Of a stretch of DNA of 32,000 nucleotides, positions 28,691 through 32,000 are shown piece by piece (position 1 is the stretch's first letter; each line of letters begins with the position of its first letter). Under the pieces are notes generated by a model. It was given only the letters and a program-made list of their open reading frames with translations. It was not told where the DNA came from and did not search any database. This DNA is from Candidatus Heimdallarchaeota archaeon (GTDB lineage Archaea > Asgardarchaeota > Heimdallarchaeia > JABLTI01): positions 90,001 to 122,000 of the forward strand of contig JAUWKS010000002.1 in assembly GCA_030614005.1 (NCBI GenBank), in the 5' to 3' direction. The position numbers and the translations under genes are program-made.

Positions 28691-29898
28691 ATCAAGTAAT
28701 TGACAATATAAAAGTTGTTAATGCCGAACAAGTTTCCCTGGACATTGCTAGTGGAGTTTCAGGTTACTCAAATATTCTAACAGATAAAGTTATTTATGTA
28801 AGAATATATGACAAATGTAACAACCTATTAAGGACAGTGTCATGCAATCAAGTAGAGGGTCATTACGATACAGGTTCTTTTGGTGCTCCTGCTGGAAACA
28901 TTAAATTTGAGATTACATCTTTACCTAGTGATATTCGAAAATATAAGACATTAATACATACAGAGGAAATTTTATCTTCTACAACTGCTAGTAGAAATTT
29001 CTATTTGCAAAGAGATCTTGGTGAAGTTTGGGTTAATGGTCACACCAATGGACCAGGGGCATTTGATGAAATTAATGATCATAAGGTAAATATAGAAGAC
29101 ACTGAAGGGTACGCTTTCATTGAAGGGCTCGATTTCTCTGTTGATGCTGAATGCCCTCCAACAATTGTATATAACCCATGGGGATCATTTGAAACTTATA
29201 CATTCCTAAGAACTAGCTTTGATATTACAGGAGCAACTTTTGGTGCAGCTAAGTGTCTTACACCAGGAGCTAGAGTAAGTTTATATGCAAGAAATCAGTG
29301 GTCTGATAATGTTGATATTCTGGACTTAACAGACATACATTATGATTCTAGCTCACAATATAGTTCAGCTAAGCTTGATTGGACCGTTCAAGCTTCCTTA
29401 GGTTATAGTGGATTAACAAGTGCTCTGGGTGGACAAATTCAGCTTTCCTCAACTTATACTCCACCGCAAGGAGTAAGCATAGATTATGATACAACAAAGT
29501 CACAAGATGGGGATTGGACTAGATTAGGATATATAGATGTAGATTACACAGATGATAAAGAAAATCTACAAAAAAAGATGGACTTAAAATGGGAAATACA
29601 GATAGATAACGGAGAAAACTATGGAGAACTATTTAGCCTTTATGAGTGTGGTTCAAATATTCAATTTAAAGTAGTACATGAATTCAATTTACAATGTGTG
29701 TCTTTAGGTTGTTGGGCTACATTTTATGGAAAAATAAAATTTGAACAAATACTTGGGGACAACACTGTGTCAGGGATAACGACAACACTTTTACCAGAGT
29801 GGGGTTCTTATCTATTAGTGGAAACATTTGGAAACTATGATGCCACCGATTATACTATTAATCTACTCAGAGGTGAATCTGCAATTTTATACATCTAA
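28300..29898 (+). CDS. Secreted protein paralog S2 (intact)
   Basis: First ~130 aa almost identical to S1; the remainder is alignable but diverged. Confidence 0.85.
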   Translation: MKKQKKQIIVGLLFSIIIIGIMSPLISNVRAKSYARGYVKDDGTRAGIASVYVTVYGRYEDSYGRLKSFSRSGYTNSNGYYSITLPSTTVYTNGLRAIKTGYVTYDGSVVNPVYLSAKSISLRFTGKVLEDQVIDNIKVVNAEQVSLDIASGVSGYSNILTDKVIYVRIYDKCNNLLRTVSCNQVEGHYDTGSFGAPAGNIKFEITSLPSDIRKYKTLIHTEEILSSTTASRNFYLQRDLGEVWVNGHTNGPGAFDEINDHKVNIEDTEGYAFIEGLDFSVDAECPPTIVYNPWGSFETYTFLRTSFDITGATFGAAKCLTPGARVSLYARNQWSDNVDILDLTDIHYDSSSQYSSAKLDWTVQASLGYSGLTSALGGQIQLSSTYTPPQGVSIDYDTTKSQDGDWTRLGYIDVDYTDDKENLQKKMDLKWEIQIDNGENYGELFSLYECGSNIQFKVVHEFNLQCVSLGCWATFYGKIKFEQILGDNTVSGITTTLLPEWGSYLLVETFGNYDATDYTINLLRGESAILYI

Positions 29899-30058
29899 TT
29901 AAGATTTTTTGCTAAATTTCTAGCAAAAACATTCTCTTTTTTTGGATTAGATGTGTGATTTAAGCATTAGTTTAAATAATGAAAATTTATAACAATCTGG
30001 AAAACATTGGGAATGAACTACCTTTGGATTTTTAACATATTATTATATAAAAACAGTA

Positions 30059-31411
30059 TTGAGTAGATATGGAAATAAAAATATGAGGAAACTGAGAATG
30101 GGATTAAAAAAAGTTGATAACAAAATTCTTACAATACTAATAATTGGACTAGTTATATCTATAACTGGAACAGCAATCTTTTTGGGAATATGGTTCAAAC
30201 CAATAAAAGTAATAGAAATATATGAGGATAAAGATTTTTCACGAAAGTATCACTTTCCCGGAAAGGGAACTAAAGGTGACCCTTATATTATTGATGGATA
30301 CAAATTATCAGGCAATAAATATCATAATATCAAAATATATGATGTTACGAAACATTTTATCATTCAAAATTGTGTTTTGGAACACTCTGATAAAGGTATT
30401 GATCTAAGAGGATTAGCTGATGGTATTGCAATGATAATCAACAATACCATACAAAATAATGATTGGGGGATAAGAGCAAATGCATGTGTTAATTGCTTCA
30501 TAAGTGGAAATAGTTTTTTTAACAATAATGTTGGGATTAGTGCAGGTTCAGGCAATGGTTATACTATACAAGCAAACACCTTTAGTAATAACTCTAATAC
30601 TGCAATGAATTTAATATGGAACTATAATACAAAGATACAAAATAATATTATTGAAACAGTAAATCAAGGGTTGAAAATTACTTATTCTGATTTAGTACTT
30701 ATAGAAGGAAACAACTTTAGCGAGTGTAGTGATATAAGTTTAACAGCACAATATTTAACTGAAACAACCATTGCAAACAACTCAGTAACAAATTGTGGAA
30801 TAGGATTTGCGATTGCTTTTACTGAAACAATCAATATAGATAGGAACAATTTTACAAATAATAACAACGGAGTATTAGTAAGTGTAACAAGCGATGGTTT
30901 AATAGAGCATAATTATTGTGCTAACAATAAATATTATGGAATAAGAGCTTACAATTTGATATATAGTAGTATAAGGAATAATAGACTGATTTCCAATAAT
31001 GGTAGTGGGTTAATAATCGAGCTATGTTTTGCCACAGAGATAAACAATAATACTTGCTACAATAATACTCAAGGATTGGAAATTTCTTGTTCAAGCATAT
31101 CAAAAATCAGCTATAATACATTGGAGCATAATTTAGTGTATGGTATAGTAATGCAAGGAGTAAATACAACTGTTTGGAATAATAATTTTATAGATAATAA
31201 CTATCAAAATAACCCTGAAATTACTTCACAAGCAAAAGTAGAAGGAAATTGTACAGATTGGGTAGGATTTCCAGAATGGTTCAATAATACAACAAAACAA
31301 GGAAACTATTGGTCAGACTTAGCGTGGACGATAGGAATAGAATACACCATCGATCCAGGAAATTATACGGATAGCTATCCACTAGAAGAACCGGTAATAA
31401 TCAATAGCTGA
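30059..31411 (+). CDS. Beta-helix (NosD/CASH) protein, paralog 3
   Basis: Same architecture; shares GNCTDWVGFP.W and GNYWSD..DSYPL with paralog 2. Confidence 0.87.
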   Translation: MSRYGNKNMRKLRMGLKKVDNKILTILIIGLVISITGTAIFLGIWFKPIKVIEIYEDKDFSRKYHFPGKGTKGDPYIIDGYKLSGNKYHNIKIYDVTKHFIIQNCVLEHSDKGIDLRGLADGIAMIINNTIQNNDWGIRANACVNCFISGNSFFNNNVGISAGSGNGYTIQANTFSNNSNTAMNLIWNYNTKIQNNIIETVNQGLKITYSDLVLIEGNNFSECSDISLTAQYLTETTIANNSVTNCGIGFAIAFTETINIDRNNFTNNNNGVLVSVTSDGLIEHNYCANNKYYGIRAYNLIYSSIRNNRLISNNGSGLIIELCFATEINNNTCYNNTQGLEISCSSISKISYNTLEHNLVYGIVMQGVNTTVWNNNFIDNNYQNNPEITSQAKVEGNCTDWVGFPEWFNNTTKQGNYWSDLAWTIGIEYTIDPGNYTDSYPLEEPVIINS

Positions 31412-31488
31412 AGCAAATAAAAAAACACCTTAAAACATAAGCTTAGAAAAGATTAAAAAGGAAAAAAGAACAGAAAAAAAGTAATTAC

Positions 31489-31635
31489 GCCCTGATAGTG
31501 TAGTACGGCTCATCATCTTCGGCTGTCAAAGCCAAGAAATGTGCACTGCAAGCTTTTGGCTGCAGAGCCCGATGGACATGAATGTGCAAAGAAAAACGCA
31601 TTCACCATTAACGGGTTCGAATCCCGTTCGGGGCG
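31489..31635 (+). tRNA. tRNA-Asp(GTC) with two BHB introns (31529-31567 and 31578-31610)
   Basis: Acceptor stem GCCCTGA/TCGGGGC, T arm ACGGG-TTCGAAT-CCCGT, anticodon GTC at 31525-31527. Removing both introns gives a 75-nt cloverleaf; no CCA encoded. Confidence 0.93.
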
Positions 31636-31719
31636 CTTTTTCCCCATTTCCCATAATACATAATTATATAATCAAATAGTTATTTTATAAAAAAGTTTTC
31701 TTTGTCAAGATTTTTCTAG

Positions 31720-31766
31720 ATAAAAAATAGAACAGATAAAAAAGGTAAAGACCTAATTTATCTGTT
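31720..31766 (-). terminator. Hairpin plus T-rich tract
   Basis: Perfect 10-bp inverted repeat AACAGATAAA/TTTATCTGTT (31731-31766) with an inner AGGT/ACCT stem, followed on the minus strand by CTATTTTTT. Confidence 0.6.
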
Positions 31767-31909
31767 ATCAGAATCCCATTCGGAGCGCTGTTTCTACTTC
31801 TTAACAGTTTCTTATTACTGTCTTAACTACTAGCTATGTTAACGCTTTTTTCTTTTCGCTACTCATGCTAGTAATTCGATGCATCTCAGCATCTCTGATA
31901 GTGTTAAGA
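31767..31909 (-). ncRNA. Predicted structured RNA, copy 2, with 20-nt variable 3' segment
   Basis: GATGCTGAGATGCAT at 31879-31893 and TAGAAACAGC at 31787-31796, as in copy 1. Confidence 0.6.
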
Positions 31910-32000
31910 TCTTCATCTTCTTCATCTATCGATGTTGAGACATTTCTTACTAGGTATACTTTTTCTCTGCTAATTTTCAACCATTGATTGTAGTAGCTAG
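31834..32000 (-). CDS. 3' end of a probable second Cas5-HD-like paralog (partial; not in the ORF track)
   Basis: My translation SYYNQWLKISREKVYLVRNVSTSIDEEDEDLNTIRDAEMHRITSMSSEKKKALT* aligns with DYYDGRLIMENGNISLSASKREELDTAMDAEMH of 6878-8017. Confidence 0.65.
   Translation of the reverse strand, partial: SYYNQWLKISREKVYLVRNVSTSIDEEDEDLNTIRDAEMHRITSMSSEKKKALT

Overview
AT-rich archaeal window, most likely Asgard. This is inferred from an ESCRT-III gene, a Rag-like GTPase-roadblock fusion, a TPR-RING protein, PolB1, archaeal GluRS/PPAT/ACD and a tRNA with BHB introns. Core genes flank an accessory island (~6.8-12.2 kb). The island carries an array-less two-gene RAMP module (Cas7-like, plus Cas5-like/Zn-ribbon/HD fusion), a divergent AbrB regulator, a histone-like gene and a GC-rich PD-(D/E)XK gene. 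Best lead: the 3' end of a second, diverged Cas5-HD-like gene enters at the right edge of the window. Both gene ends overlap the same predicted RNA scaffold: an identical GATGCTGAGATGCAT hairpin, an enclosing stem across the stop codon, a second hairpin with different stem sequences, then TAGAAACAGC. A variable tail follows, exactly 20 nt before a terminator-like hairpin in copy 2. This suggests a RAMP effector with a single gene-overlapping guide RNA instead of a CRISPR array (inference). Also present: a two-intron tRNA-Asp and a tandem array of beta-helix and secreted-protein paralogs. Three reading-frame breaks sit in short homopolymers and may be sequencing errors.
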